Shown: positions 1 to 11,504 of the stretch, piece by piece
How the letters are laid out: every line of letters starts with the position of its first letter
How positions within the stretch are numbered: position 1 is the stretch's first letter
Position numbers and translations under genes: made by a program
Assembly: GCF_006345805.1 (NCBI RefSeq)
Contig: NC_043009.1
Span: 27,714,001 to 27,778,000 of the forward strand
Length of the DNA: 64,000 bases
From: Octopus sinensis
Taxonomy: Eukaryota
Reading direction: 5' to 3'
Notes under the pieces: model-generated
The model's database searches: none
What the model was told of the DNA's origin: nothing
Seen by the model: only the letters and a program-made list of their open reading frames with translations

Positions 1-179
1 AACCAATCAGTCTGAGACACCAATTCGTTCCTTTGTGTGTCATCTCAAGGGTATTGAATGCCCCAGATGCAAATTATATTTTCACACTGCCCAACAAAAC
101 GAAACAAAGGATTATATTTTTTAATTAATTCGTTGAAGAAGGAAGGCTGAGAAAATATAATTTAGACCCCTTACATTGT

Positions 180-552
180 CTTTTATTCATTTACCTGTCT
201 TAGTCATTAGACTGCACCTGTGTTGGGACACCACCTTGAAGAATTTCAGTTGAATGAAGTGAACCCCTGGGATTTATTTTATCAGTGTCTTCTGCTGGAC
301 TGCTAAGTTACAGGAACATATCATCACCAGTTGTCAAGAGGTGACGGAGGACAAACACAAAGATACACACACAGATATATATTTATAAATATAATGAGCT
401 TCTTCCAGTTTCTGTCTGCCAAATCCACTCATAAGGCTTTGGTTAACCCAAGGCTATAATAAAAGAAACTTGTCCAAGGTGTCATGCAGTGAGACTGAAC
501 CTGGAACTATTTGGTTTGGCAATAAGCTTCTTACCACACAACCATGCCTGCA
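180..552 (-). mobile_element. tRNA-derived SINE family B (CORE-like), diverged near-full-length copy
   Basis: Colinear with the 55576-55978 copy: tail, ...ACAAACACA microsatellite, GCTTCTTCCAGTTTCTGTCTGCCAAATCCACTCATAAGGCTTTGG, and head ending CTTACCACACAACCATGCCTGCAC. Confidence 0.8.
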
Positions 553-823
553 CTTATATAATTGTGCTTATAGTTTGGATAACTTATTTATTCATTTAAC
601 ATCCAGTTTTGAATGCTAGCTTGGCTAAGACAGGAAATTGATTTTACAAGATTATACTAACAGATACTTTTCATGTCACAATCCTTTCCTGGTTTTACAG
701 GTAAGCTATTTCTATATTCCATAAGTATTTGAAAAGACAAAGAAAATAGACATTATGTCAAAAAAGGTCACCAACATTAGCATTACCATGCTTATAAAGA
801 GACAAGCAAGACACCAAAATCCA

Positions 824-855
<32 letters not shown>

Positions 856-1124
856 TGGGCTTCACATAGTTTCCATTAGCTAAATGCTTTCACAAGGCTT
901 TGGTTGATTTGGAGTGATAGAAGAAGATACTCAAGGTGCCTCACTATGGGATTGAACCCAAAACAATACAGTTGCAATATGGACTTCTTAACTATACAGC
1001 AATGGCTATAAAGTTTGGACATTGGTGTTTGTATATTTTGGATGATGTATATACACACCTTGAAGAATGTATACATAATTAATGCTCTCATATATATACA
1101 TATTGGTGTCATACAAATGGCACC

Positions 1125-1306
1125 CATGATGGTGGCACATAAAAGCAACCATTACTCTCTCAGAGTGTTGGAAGAGCATCCAGCTGTAGAAACCATGTCA
1201 AATCAGACTGGAGTCTGGTACAGCCTTCCAGCTTGCCAGCCCTGGTCAAACTGTCCAACCAATGCCAGCATGGACAATGGACATTAAATGATGATGATGA
1301 TGATGA
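1125..1306 (+). mobile_element. Retroposon family D 3' part ending in a (GAT)n tail
   Basis: GCATCCAGCTGTAGAAAC...TGTCCAACCAATGCCAGCATGGACAATGGACATTAAATGATGATG; matches the reverse complement of 24646-24973 and 2885-3110. A short duplicate of the tail lies at about 1447-1503. Confidence 0.75.
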
Positions 1307-1387
1307 TATTATATAATCTGGACATTGTGCATGTATATTTTGGAAAGTGATAGATGTATGTGTAATTTGTACTATACATATATATAT

Positions 1388-1446
<59 letters not shown>

Positions 1447-1616
1447 CAACTGTCCAACCCTGCCAACATGGAAAATGGACGTTAAATGATGATGATGATG
1501 ATGCCTATGGTGACATATCATCTGGGCAGGGAATAGATATAATTTGGGCAACATGTATGTATATCTTGGACATCATATATACACAAGTAGAAGAAAGTAT
1601 TTATAATTTGTGCTCT

Positions 1617-1660
<44 letters not shown>

Positions 1661-1685
1661 CATGTAATACATATATGATATACAC

Positions 1686-1717
<32 letters not shown>

Positions 1718-1794
1718 GCATATGTATATATATGCATATGTATATAACATATATATATACGTATTTGAGGATGACTCCCCTTCACAAATACTGA

Positions 1795-1905
1795 GAGGAC
1801 ACAGATAGTGTGTCTATTGCCAGCTGGAGGAGATATCTTCCTGGGGCTACAAACTACAGTAGTATCCACCCTTAGGGGTTAGCCATATTCAAATGGCAAA
1901 TATGC
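1795..1905 (-). mobile_element. Diverged relative of the 42-bp-TIR foldback MITE
   Basis: AGGACACAGATAGTGTGTCTATTGCCAGCTGGAGGAGATATCTTCCTGGGGCTA aligns with the reverse complement of the interior of the 6967-7196 element. Confidence 0.6.
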
Positions 1906-2884
1906 GTCACGATATATATATAATTTGGACATTTTGTATATACATCATTTGGTTAGTGTGTTTAGATTATTCTCAAAGTGGGTACTTGTGGTCATTATGT
2001 CTATATAATTTGTACATGTCTACAGAATTTGGATAACATGTTTATATAACATTAATGATTTATTTTTGGAGAATTACAGTCGTTACATTTGGAGACGTCA
2101 ATGGTGAGTTTTAAATAACTTCACAGTCGTAGATTCTTCACTTTGATATAACATAAGAGAAAAAAAAACATGCAGAGTAAAAATATAGTCGAGACAATCA
2201 ACAAATGTCGGCAGCTGAAATATGGTAGTGTTGTATTGAAATATGTCAAGGTAATGTATTAGAGATTTAAGCTGCATATTACAGTAATAATCTATTGTGA
2301 TAAAATGTAATGGCATAAAAAAAAAAGAAGAAACAGAGTGAAGTAGGATACTAAGTAATGTGTTGGAATTTTTATGTATCATGTTTGAATGTTTTCCATT
2401 TGGATAAATATATATATGTGTGTGTATATATCTGGTTATGTGGTGTGTGTATCTTTATATCTATGAATGAATGTGTAATGGCACATACTAAATTCTTCAA
2501 TGCCCATTCTTCACGACCAGTATTTGTTTGATGGCATCTTTTCTGAGGCTCTATTTTACAGTCAGATTCCCCTTCTTGTCTCCAACTCATGCCTGTTTCA
2601 CAATTAAAAGATTTTCTTTTCTTTTTACCCCAGAGGGTTTTTGAAAGCCCAGAATGACTAGTTTTAATGTCAAGAAGGATTGTAAAAAGACCATATCACT
2701 GATGATGGTCATGAGCGAAGTTGTGTGATGTCCCTGTTCATGTCCATTCATGCACACATGCATATGCATAGAGGCATATACACATATATAAATATACACG
2801 TGCTCATAAATACTTGAGGTTGAGTCAGAAAGTACTGCACTTCTTATTTGTATTAATATTTTGGCCCACCCTTGTATATATGTC

Positions 2885-3110
2885 ATCTTCATCATCAACA
2901 TTTAACATCCATTTTCCATGCTGTCATGGGTTGGACGACTTCACAGGAGCTGGCAAGGCCAGGGGCCACAGCAGGTTCCATAGTTTGTTTTGGCTTGGTT
3001 CCTGCAACTGAATACTCTTCCTAATGCCAACCACTCTAGAGAATGTACTGGGTGATTTTCACGTGGCACCAGCATCCACACCAATGCTTTTTTTATGTGC
3101 CATTTTGGGT
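2885..3110 (-). mobile_element. Retroposon family D 3' part
   Basis: CATCATCAACATTTAACATCCATTTTCCATGCTGTCATGGGTTGGACG...CCTAATGCCAACCACTC; same family as 24646-24973. Confidence 0.7.
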
Positions 3111-3261
3111 TTAGGATCTCAATTCTGTTGTGGTGGACTATATAATTGATAATCTGGTCAGTGATGGCAGGCAATATTGTAATGTGAAGTTTGCCTCAAA
3201 TGGTTTATAGCGTTGGTGGTGAGGACCATTGCGATATATGAAAGTGGGAGTAACAAGGAAT

Positions 3262-3268
3262 GATAATA

Positions 3269-3324
<56 letters not shown>

Positions 3325-3530
3325 GTTGTAGAAGTAGCAGCAGCAGTGGTAATAGTAGCAGTAGTAGCAGCAGCATTAGCAGCAAAAGTAGTGGCATTAG
3401 CAGCAGCAGCAGTAGTAGTAGTAGTAGTAGTAGAAAAAGAAGAAGAAGAAAAAGAAGAAAATGGTGGTGATGATGATAATGTTGTTGATGATGATGATGA
3501 AGAAGAATTAGAAGAAGATGATGAAGAAGA
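3262..3530. repeat. Compound trinucleotide microsatellite (AAT)n/(GCA,GTA)n/(GAA)n/(GAT)n
   Basis: Read directly from the sequence; accounts for the low-complexity ORFs at 3138-3571. Confidence 0.95.
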
Positions 3531-4335
3531 AACCAAGCCAATGTAATATATAATATATATTTATACATCATTTAAGTAGAACTGTATACCCTCATCTACA
3601 TTGGTCATTCTACAGGGGTTAACGGTGTAAGAGAATATCAATGGCCTTTGTTGTCTGTTATAGAAGATCTGAGTATCTGTACATGGGTAGGTCCCCTTGA
3701 AGTAGCAGGTCTGGGTAAAGAGCTTTTGTGAAACTCTAGCAATTGTCCAGGACATATAAATTTCACCTCTCACTGATGCCAATGTTGTCTAAGAGAAAGG
3801 CAATCTCAGTATGAATTGGTACCAGTGTAGTTGAATGCACTATGGACAGATCTCAAAGAGCAACAGCAAATATCTGAAAGTATTCTGTCTAATGCTTTAA
3901 GAATTCTACCAATTCCATTTCCTACTGAATTGGTATTTTGACATGGATGAGATTTGAACTCAATACTAACAGACACAGGTGCCACAAGACACTCAATATA
4001 ATGCGCTAACAGCTCTACCAAATCACTGCCAAAACTTGCAGACTTCAAAAATCTTGTTTTACTTAACAAAATTATTAATTCTTTGGTTATTTTTGTACTT
4101 GACTGATTGCTTACAATTGATTGCCAGGAATGGCTTTAAATGTTTATCTGGCATCGGTCTGGAACCATCCCAAAATATAGAACACCCTACATCTAACTGT
4201 CAAAGAATTCACTTTTTTAGTGAATTTGCTTGGACAAGGCCAGCATAGGGTTAACCAAACAATGACTACACTTAATTTGGTAAGAGAGAGAAAAAAGATA
4301 GACAGGCAGATAGAGGGAGTAGTAGTAGCAGCAGT

Positions 4336-4367
<32 letters not shown>

Positions 4368-4643
4368 CAACAGTGCAACATAAATGAGTCATCATTATTG
4401 TCATCTTTATCATTTTCTTGCCCATCATCAGCAGCATTGTTTCAGGTTTGATAGTTTCTGTCCTTGCGATAAATGCTTAACTAATGCAACAGCATGGATG
4501 GAGAAAGCAAAAGCAATGAGAGAGAGGTGAGAGGAATAGTGTAACAAAAGTCAGGGAAAGAAAAAACCCAATTAAAACAATAATTACAGACGTATATGCA
4601 ATTAGAATAGCTAATTGTGTAAAAAATTTTTTTAAATAATTAC

Positions 4644-4732
4644 CTTTTATGCGAAATCATTGAAAATGGACATCTTACCTGAAAAATAAAGAAAAGAAAA
4701 CTGTTTATTATATTACAAATATTAATTGGCAT
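4644..4732 (-). other. Strong minus-strand splice site TTTTCTTTTCTTTATTTTTCAG|GTAAGA; candidate recursive site or end of a first coding exon (MPINICNIINSFLFFIFQ)
   Basis: AG at 4680-4679 abuts GTAAGA at 4678-4673. A second donor, AAG|GTAATT, lies 35 nt downstream. An in-frame ATG at 4732 gives 18 open codons up to the first donor. Confidence 0.4.
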
Positions 4733-4767
4733 GAAAATAACAGCAATATAAAACAGTGTTTATAGTA

Positions 4768-4824
4768 ATGATGAAGATGATGATGATGAGGAGGATGATG
4801 ATGATGATGATGATGAGAATGATG

Positions 4825-4867
<43 letters not shown>

Positions 4868-4975
4868 GGATGATGATGAGGATGATAAGGGTGATGATGA
4901 TGATGATGATGATGATGATGAGGAGGAGGAGGAGAGGAGGACGACGATGATGATGATGATGAGGATGATGATGAT
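4768..4975. repeat. (GAT/GAG)n microsatellite
   Basis: Read directly from the sequence; accounts for the poly-M/H/I ORFs. Confidence 0.95.
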
Positions 4976-5920
4976 GGGAGAAAATAGAATTGGTTGGAGC
5001 CGAAATGGTAATAAAGATACCGTTTGATAACACCATCATTACCGGTGACAGAGGTAGCACTAATATACATTTTGATGGTCATTCCGTTATCATAAACGAT
5101 GGTAAAGGAGGTTTGCTGATCACAGAGGTGGTGTTAACTGTTGAAATTGTTTTTAGCTAATTTCTGTAATGTTGTCATCGTTCTTTTACAGTCTTTATTG
5201 TTCTGGACAGAGGGTAATGAAAAGATATGTTATCTAGGATATGATAAAAAAAAAAGAAAAGAAAAGAAGAAAAAAACCCAAAGCAACCCCAAAAAGCAAA
5301 TAAATGTCAAGATCAATCATAGTTGCAGTAATTGTGATATTAAGTTCCGAAATAACGATAACATATTCTAAAATATTTAAACGACACTTAACATTGTCCA
5401 GATGAGCTTACATCTAACAAGGGTGGCTACCTTTCATGTGGATCCAACTGTCATTTCAGTTCCAAACTTGAAAGAAATATTTGATGAGATACTAACTTAT
5501 ATTGTTCTATATTAACTTAATATTAACTTATTTTAACTTAATATTAACTTATAAGAATAAAAATCTTTAAAATAAATGTTTCCTTTTTGAGCCATGCCAG
5601 GCTCATAAGGGCCAGTTTCCCAGTTTCAGTGGCGCATATATTTCCCACCTGGATGGGACGCCAGTCCCTTGCAGGGTTACATTTAAACCCTTGCTGGGTT
5701 ACATATTTAAATGTATTTTGCAGTACTATCTGATACAACCCCTAATAAACTAATAATTGTTTTTGACTCAAACCTAAAGCCTTAGATTTGAGGAAGAGGT
5801 TGTATATTAAACTAACATTCAGTACTTGACTGGTACTTTATTTTATTGATCCTTACCTTCCCCCCACCAAAAAAAAAGAGTACAAAAAGAATCAGTCACC
5901 TTGCTAACATAACTAGTATG

Positions 5921-6137
5921 GAAAGGCAGGGAGAGCTGGCAGAAACATTAGCACGCCGGGTGAAATGCTTAGCAGTATTTTGTCTGCCTTTACATTCTTA
6001 GTTCAAATTCTGCCAAGGTCAACTTTGCTTTTCATAATTTCAGGGTGATAAATTAAGTACCAGTTGCGTACTGGGGTCGATCTAATCGACTAGCCCCCTC
6101 TCCAAAAATTTCAGGCCTTATGCCTAGAGAAGAGAAG
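5921..6137 (+). mobile_element. tRNA-derived SINE family A, tail type 1, 15-bp TSD
   Basis: Head GAGCTGGCAGAAACATTAGC with B-box-like GTTCAAATTC; body TTGCTTTTCAT...GGGTGATAAATTAAGTACCAG; TSD AACATAACTAGTATG at 5906-5920 and 6138-6152. Confidence 0.9.
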
Positions 6138-6436
6138 AACATAACTAGTATGAGTACAAAGCAGTGAGCTGGTAGAATTGTTAGCAGACCAGATGAAAGG
6201 CTTAGTAACAGAAATGGTAACAAACTGGACAAGATGCCTAGTGGCATTTCATCCATCTTTATGTTCTGAGTTCAAATCCTGCTGAAAGTAAACCATATTC
6301 AGCACGAGAAATGACACCAGTATACAAAGTTTCAAACTGTTTAGTTAAAAAAAAATAAAAAATATCTGTGAACCAAACTGAAGAGATCTGCAAAATTCCC
6401 TAACCATGAAACTACACACATTCACACAAACACAAA

Positions 6437-6492
<56 letters not shown>

Positions 6493-6966
6493 GAGATAGA
6501 TATCTATACATATATATCATGGGCTTCTTTCAATTTCAATCTGAAATTCACTTACAAGGCTTTGGTTGGCCTGGGGCTATAGTAGAAGGCATTTGCCCAA
6601 GGTACCATGCAGTAGAACTGAACCCAAGACCAGAAGGTTAAGAAGCAAACTCCTTAACCAAACAGCTATGCCTGTTCTATAAGTGCGTGTGTGTGTGTGG
6701 GCGGAAGTGGGGGAATAAGTGTGAATACATTTCTCTTGTATGTTTTGTTTTCTGTTTAACTGATTTATTTCTTTTAGCACAATCAACATTATGAGATTTT
6801 TAATAGAGATGATGAGCTGCTGCTGCTGCTGCTGATGATGATGATGATGATAAGTTGCAGACTTAATATTGAAATAATCAGATAACAAACCAATCATTTT
6901 GGAAAAAACGAAAAACAAAAAAACTGAACGTTAAAAAAAGGTAAATTTAGTTATTCAGCTATCTTA

Positions 6967-7196
6967 TTAAAGTAAAGGCTATTTGCCAACATAATGTGGC
7001 TGTCCTGGAAAGGACAATTATTACTGTTGTTTAGCCCCAGGAAACATAGTTTCCAGCTGGCTATATGACACAATATCTGTGTCCTATTTTCGAATAGGGA
7101 GCCCAGTACCCCCATCCAGCACAAAGGGCTACACCACAGTAAGAATCCCCCCATCCAGGACAGCCACATTATGTTAGAGAATAGCCTTTACTTTAA
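6967..7196. mobile_element. MITE with 43-bp terminal inverted repeats
   Basis: Arms 6967-7009 and 7154-7196 are inverted with 3 mismatches; both outer ends read TTAA. Confidence 0.8.
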
Positions 7197-7395
7197 AGAA
7201 CTGTTTTTGAGGACTTTTCAATGACTAATACGTTCTAATACGTGATTTCATTTTTCTTAGTAATCACTGATAGAAAATTTGGACATGTTAGCTTCAGTAA
7301 AACCTAGAACACCAGAGGGGAGTAAATTCAGTAACGATTGCAACTCAAGACAGAAGGTTCAGTGATTTCTTAAACACCAGAATGGATTATCTTCC

Positions 7396-7631
7396 TTAAT
7401 CCTTTAGCATTTAAACTGGCCATATCCAGCCCAAATATCCTATGCTTTATATTTTTTTATATTTAAACTAGCCAGATCTGGTCTCTTGCACCTACCCTAC
7501 AATGCCATTCTAAAACCGAACAATCACATCATTGAAATCTCAAATCTACGAGATAATGCATATTTAATTCAAAACAATGTAAATAAATAAGCATTACATT
7601 TGTCAGAGTAATCTGAATGCTTAAGGGTTAA
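7396..7631. mobile_element. piggyBac-like MITE
   Basis: TTAA-TCCTTTAGCATT...AATGCTTAAGGG-TTAA; a second copy lies at 22025-22250. Confidence 0.85.
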
Positions 7632-7781
7632 TCCCTGATAAAACAGGGGGGAGTAACTGTAGTAGCATCTAAAGCAGCAGAGGGGAGTGGCTTCCGTGAT
7701 GTCTGAAATACCTGGGTAGCAACTACTACCGTGAAACACAAGCAAAATGGATAAATACAAAGGTTCGCTAATTTTCTTTAG

Positions 7782-7833
7782 TCATTGGATATGTTCCAAA
7801 GGAGGAAGCAGATGATGGTGGCACTGTACAATG
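7782..7833 (+). CDS. Candidate 52-nt exon (IGYVPKEEADDGGTVQ or SLDMFQRRKQMMVALYN)
   Basis: CTAATTTTCTTTAG acceptor, ATG|GTAAGT donor, purine-rich body and two open frames. No partner exons or protein family recognised. Confidence 0.3.
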
Positions 7834-8271
7834 GTAAGTTTAAATATGGTTTCAGATTCGAAGTGAAGATTATGGTTCATTGATAGGTGTATAGAGTCAT
7901 CTGATGTTGATGTTGTGTATTTAACGTTGGTATTTAAATACTGCCATTAGTCTAATGTATTGTTCCGTTACCCAAGATTAGCAATCATTCTACAATGATG
8001 TTTGAAATAGATTTAGTACCAACTCTCCCACAACTCTCCTATGTTTTTTTTTCTGTTTTGGTTTGCTATTAATGAAAAAGAAGTGTTTCATTTGCTATGG
8101 CCATGTTATGTGTACAAATAAACGTGGTTGAAAATAGCTGAGTTATGTTGCAATAAAGTTCAATTCTCATTGTCTCATATTCCCTGGTGAGATCTGAATG
8201 ACATCAAGAAACCATTATTCTTGGAGGGAAAGGATTGCATCTACTTGCCATAACAATCTACTATGACTTAC

Positions 8272-8316
8272 TTTGATGCCATTTCAACTTGCTTCATATT
8301 TACACATTCCTCATCA
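8272..8316 (-). CDS. Candidate 45-nt symmetric exon (DEECVNMKQVEMAS)
   Basis: CTGCAG acceptor with a weak pyrimidine tract, AAA|GTAAGT donor, open frame. Confidence 0.2.
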
Positions 8317-9190
8317 CTGCAGCATCATGTAGAAATGCATATACAGATGTTTGCAAGGATAAAAATAAATCAACGAAATTGACTAACCATGGGATGATGC
8401 AAATAATATATAAAAAGCTGAACTAAACCATTTCCTCTCAAAGTATAATGTTAGCTTTCTGAAGATAATTCACACCATGGCATTTAGTATGGTAGTTGAA
8501 TACCTTCAACAATTCCATAAAATAATGCTTCCATTTTCCTCTCTGTAACTTAGAGATGATGGACAACGTTAGTATTGTTTATGTTTGATCAGAGAATAAA
8601 CCAAATCAAAAACTATGGAAAGGACTCAATGTTGATAAGCCAAGTGGATTTTATAACATATATTAGTTGTAAGTTAATTGCAATTAGCTTTCAGTTAATA
8701 TCCTTAAAGCTTGCTTAGATGTCACTCATAAACAAGTGATAATCTGGTAGCATGATGTACCATGCTTTTACAAATTGCTTTAGGTAGTTGTGTAGCTGCA
8801 AACAGATAGAAACACCTACTCAGCACCCACCCCCCATCCTTAACACAATGGAACATTAATGATGTGTTAGTTGGAGAAAGAGAGAAAGAGAGAGAGAAAA
8901 AGAGAGAGAGAGAGAGAGAGAAGAGAGCAACACAAGCATTAGGCTAGGACACATTTTTAGCAGAGTAAATTGGTGCCATTACCCAAAGACAGAATGTGCC
9001 ACTTGGTTCAGGAATTGAACTGATGACCTAACTCTCAGGACCTCAGAACCCTTTCACTTTCATAGCTCAAAGCCTTTGCTTCTCATTCTTCTGGGACCAG
9101 TAGCATAAAGTACCACAGTCAATTTAATATTCTTTGAAACATCAATGATGAGAATAGAATTATAATAGAAGAATTTCTCAATATTCCTGG

Positions 9191-9416
9191 TGAACTGGCA
9201 GAATCATTAGCATGCTGGGTGAAATGCTTAGCGGTATTTTGTCTACCGTTATGTTCTGAGTTCAAATTCCACTGAGGTTGACTTTACCCTTCATCCTTTC
9301 AGGGTCAATTAAATAAATACCAGTTATGCACTGGGGTCGATGTAATCGACTTAATCTCTTTTTCTGTTCTTGTTTATCCCCTCTATGCTTAGCTCCCTGT
9401 GGGCAATAAAGAAATA
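9191..9416 (+). mobile_element. SINE family A, tail type 2, 11-bp TSD
   Basis: TSD AATATTCCTGG at 9180-9190 and 9417-9427; tail ...CTCTATGCTTAGCTCCCTGTGGGCAATAAAGAAATA. Confidence 0.9.
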
Positions 9417-10309
9417 AATATTCCTGGCTCTTCAATTAGCGTACCTCTTGTAAGGCAGCAATGAAGATGTGTTCCATTGGATCTAAAAACAGTTTTGAAG
9501 GTATATTGACCACTGTATGTTGTATCATTTCAACCAGAACCTCAAGTCTCTCTACAATAAAGCAAAAAAAGTAACTGTAGAGCCTGAATATATCTCTACC
9601 TTATCCCTAAATGTCATAGTAAGAATCAGATATTTTCGTTAGACTTTTCTTCACACTGTACACACGAAAGAACATTTTCATTTTAATTAATTATTTTCTG
9701 GGAGTGGAATGACATGATTGGGCATAGTTGTTTGGATGTTGACAATTTGGCTGACTGGTCATTCAGCTTGGTTTGGTGATGGCACATTTTGGTGGCGGAG
9801 ACAGACAGACAGACACACACACATACACATATGCATGTTGGGATGCATTCCAGTATTAATTTGTTAAATATGTTGACAAATGGAAGTTGATGATTATTGC
9901 ACCACCATCACCACCCCATCACCACCACCACAACCACCAATACCATCAACACCACTACTAGCACCATCAACACCACGTCATAATAAATTTTATGCTCTAG
10001 CATGGCCATGATCAAAATGGCTAAGAACAAATTAAAGAACTAATAAAAGATCAATTCAATCAATCAGTAACTAATCAACAATAAACGCATTGTAGAAATG
10101 CTAATCCTATCTGATGGCCAACCAAATGGATGGTGCTAAAATATTGCTAGAAGCACTTTTACCATTCTGAAGAAAAGCTGAAATTATTCACAATTTATCA
10201 ATTTATCAAATTCATTTAGTGAGATTCATTAAATGAATAAAAAATTATTTTTCAAATGCAGCTTGAAACTTTAGCTGCGATATCATATCTTTGGCATCAT
10301 ATCCACTTT

Positions 10310-10468
10310 GTGTTTATATGTGTGTGTGTGTGTATATATATATAAATTGCATATGTCTGTATATATATGTGTGTGTGTGACTAATATATGTCTATTGCAT
10401 ATATAACATATCTATTCATGTACATATGCATATGTATATGTAATATGTGTATATATATTGTATGTATG

Positions 10469-10533
<65 letters not shown>

Positions 10534-10689
10534 GATGGATAGATAGAGAGAGAGAGATAGAGAGATAGAAAGATAAATAGAATCACACACATATATATGT
10601 GTGTATATATAAACACACAGATGCACACAAATATATGTGTGTATGTGTGTATATATTCATGTATATATATATCTATATATATTTATATA

Positions 10690-10762
<73 letters not shown>

Positions 10763-10800
10763 ATATATATACATTCACATACATATATATGCATGTTTAT
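10310..10800. repeat. Compound (TA)n/(TG)n/(GA)n microsatellite
   Basis: Read directly. Similar blocks occur at about 1370-1760, 14480-14790, 22860-23180, 26310-26810, 36450-36640, 38810-39010 and 63715-64000. Confidence 0.95.
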
Positions 10801-11464
10801 CTCAGTGTGTACATTTGGTGTGGTGTGTGTGTGTCTACTTTTAATTCTACAATATAATATTGATGCCCATAATATCATATATGGAAATCTTCCATTTAAT
10901 ACCAAACATTTTGTCTTGCTAATGAACTTAACAGACACATTTATTAAAATTCAGATCAATTACAAAAAAACATTGATTTAATTTTTAATTTGGCATAATA
11001 ACAAAGAATGGAAAAAAAAAAAAAGAAAACAACAAGCATAAAAACAACAAGAACCGTCCTTTAAATCAACTGAAACATTTCATGCTTCTGAATCTGATAG
11101 TTATCTACTTTGATATCTGTCTAACTCATATACTCCAACGTTGGTACACACATGCAAAGTCGTTGTAATTTCATAATTTTGGTTCTGTCATTTTTTTTTT
11201 TAATTTAAATTAAAAAAATTTTTTTTTTTGTTTTTACTGACAGGAAATTTTCAAATTCATGATGTTTATAAAAAGTTGAAAAAAAAAACCAAAAAAAAAG
11301 AAGGAAAAATTTCATCAATATTCTATAGATTTCTCAATGTGTAAAAACTTAGACGAGCAGAAATACTAAACTGAAATAATATGCTGCCGTTCGTGAGGTG
11401 TATTATTAGACTTGTTGTAGAGTTACGAGGTAGCGTACAATAACAGAAATTAGAGATATCTTAC

Positions 11465-11504
11465 AAATTAGAGCCATTGATTAGAAAAATAAAACCAAAA
11501 GTAC
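11465..11504 (-). other. Candidate 40-nt exon behind a very strong acceptor (CAG|GTACTT)
   Basis: TTTTTGTTTGTTTTTTTCCTTTGCTTTTCAG|GTACTTTTGG...AATTT|GTAAGA; one open frame (TFGFIFLINGSN). Confidence 0.25.

Noticed and set aside
3561-4248. Non-repetitive short ORFs (3561-3782, 3806-4069, 3979-4248)
   Set aside because: No recognisable domain or convincing splice-site pair; part of the region (about 3950-4030) is a decayed SINE head.
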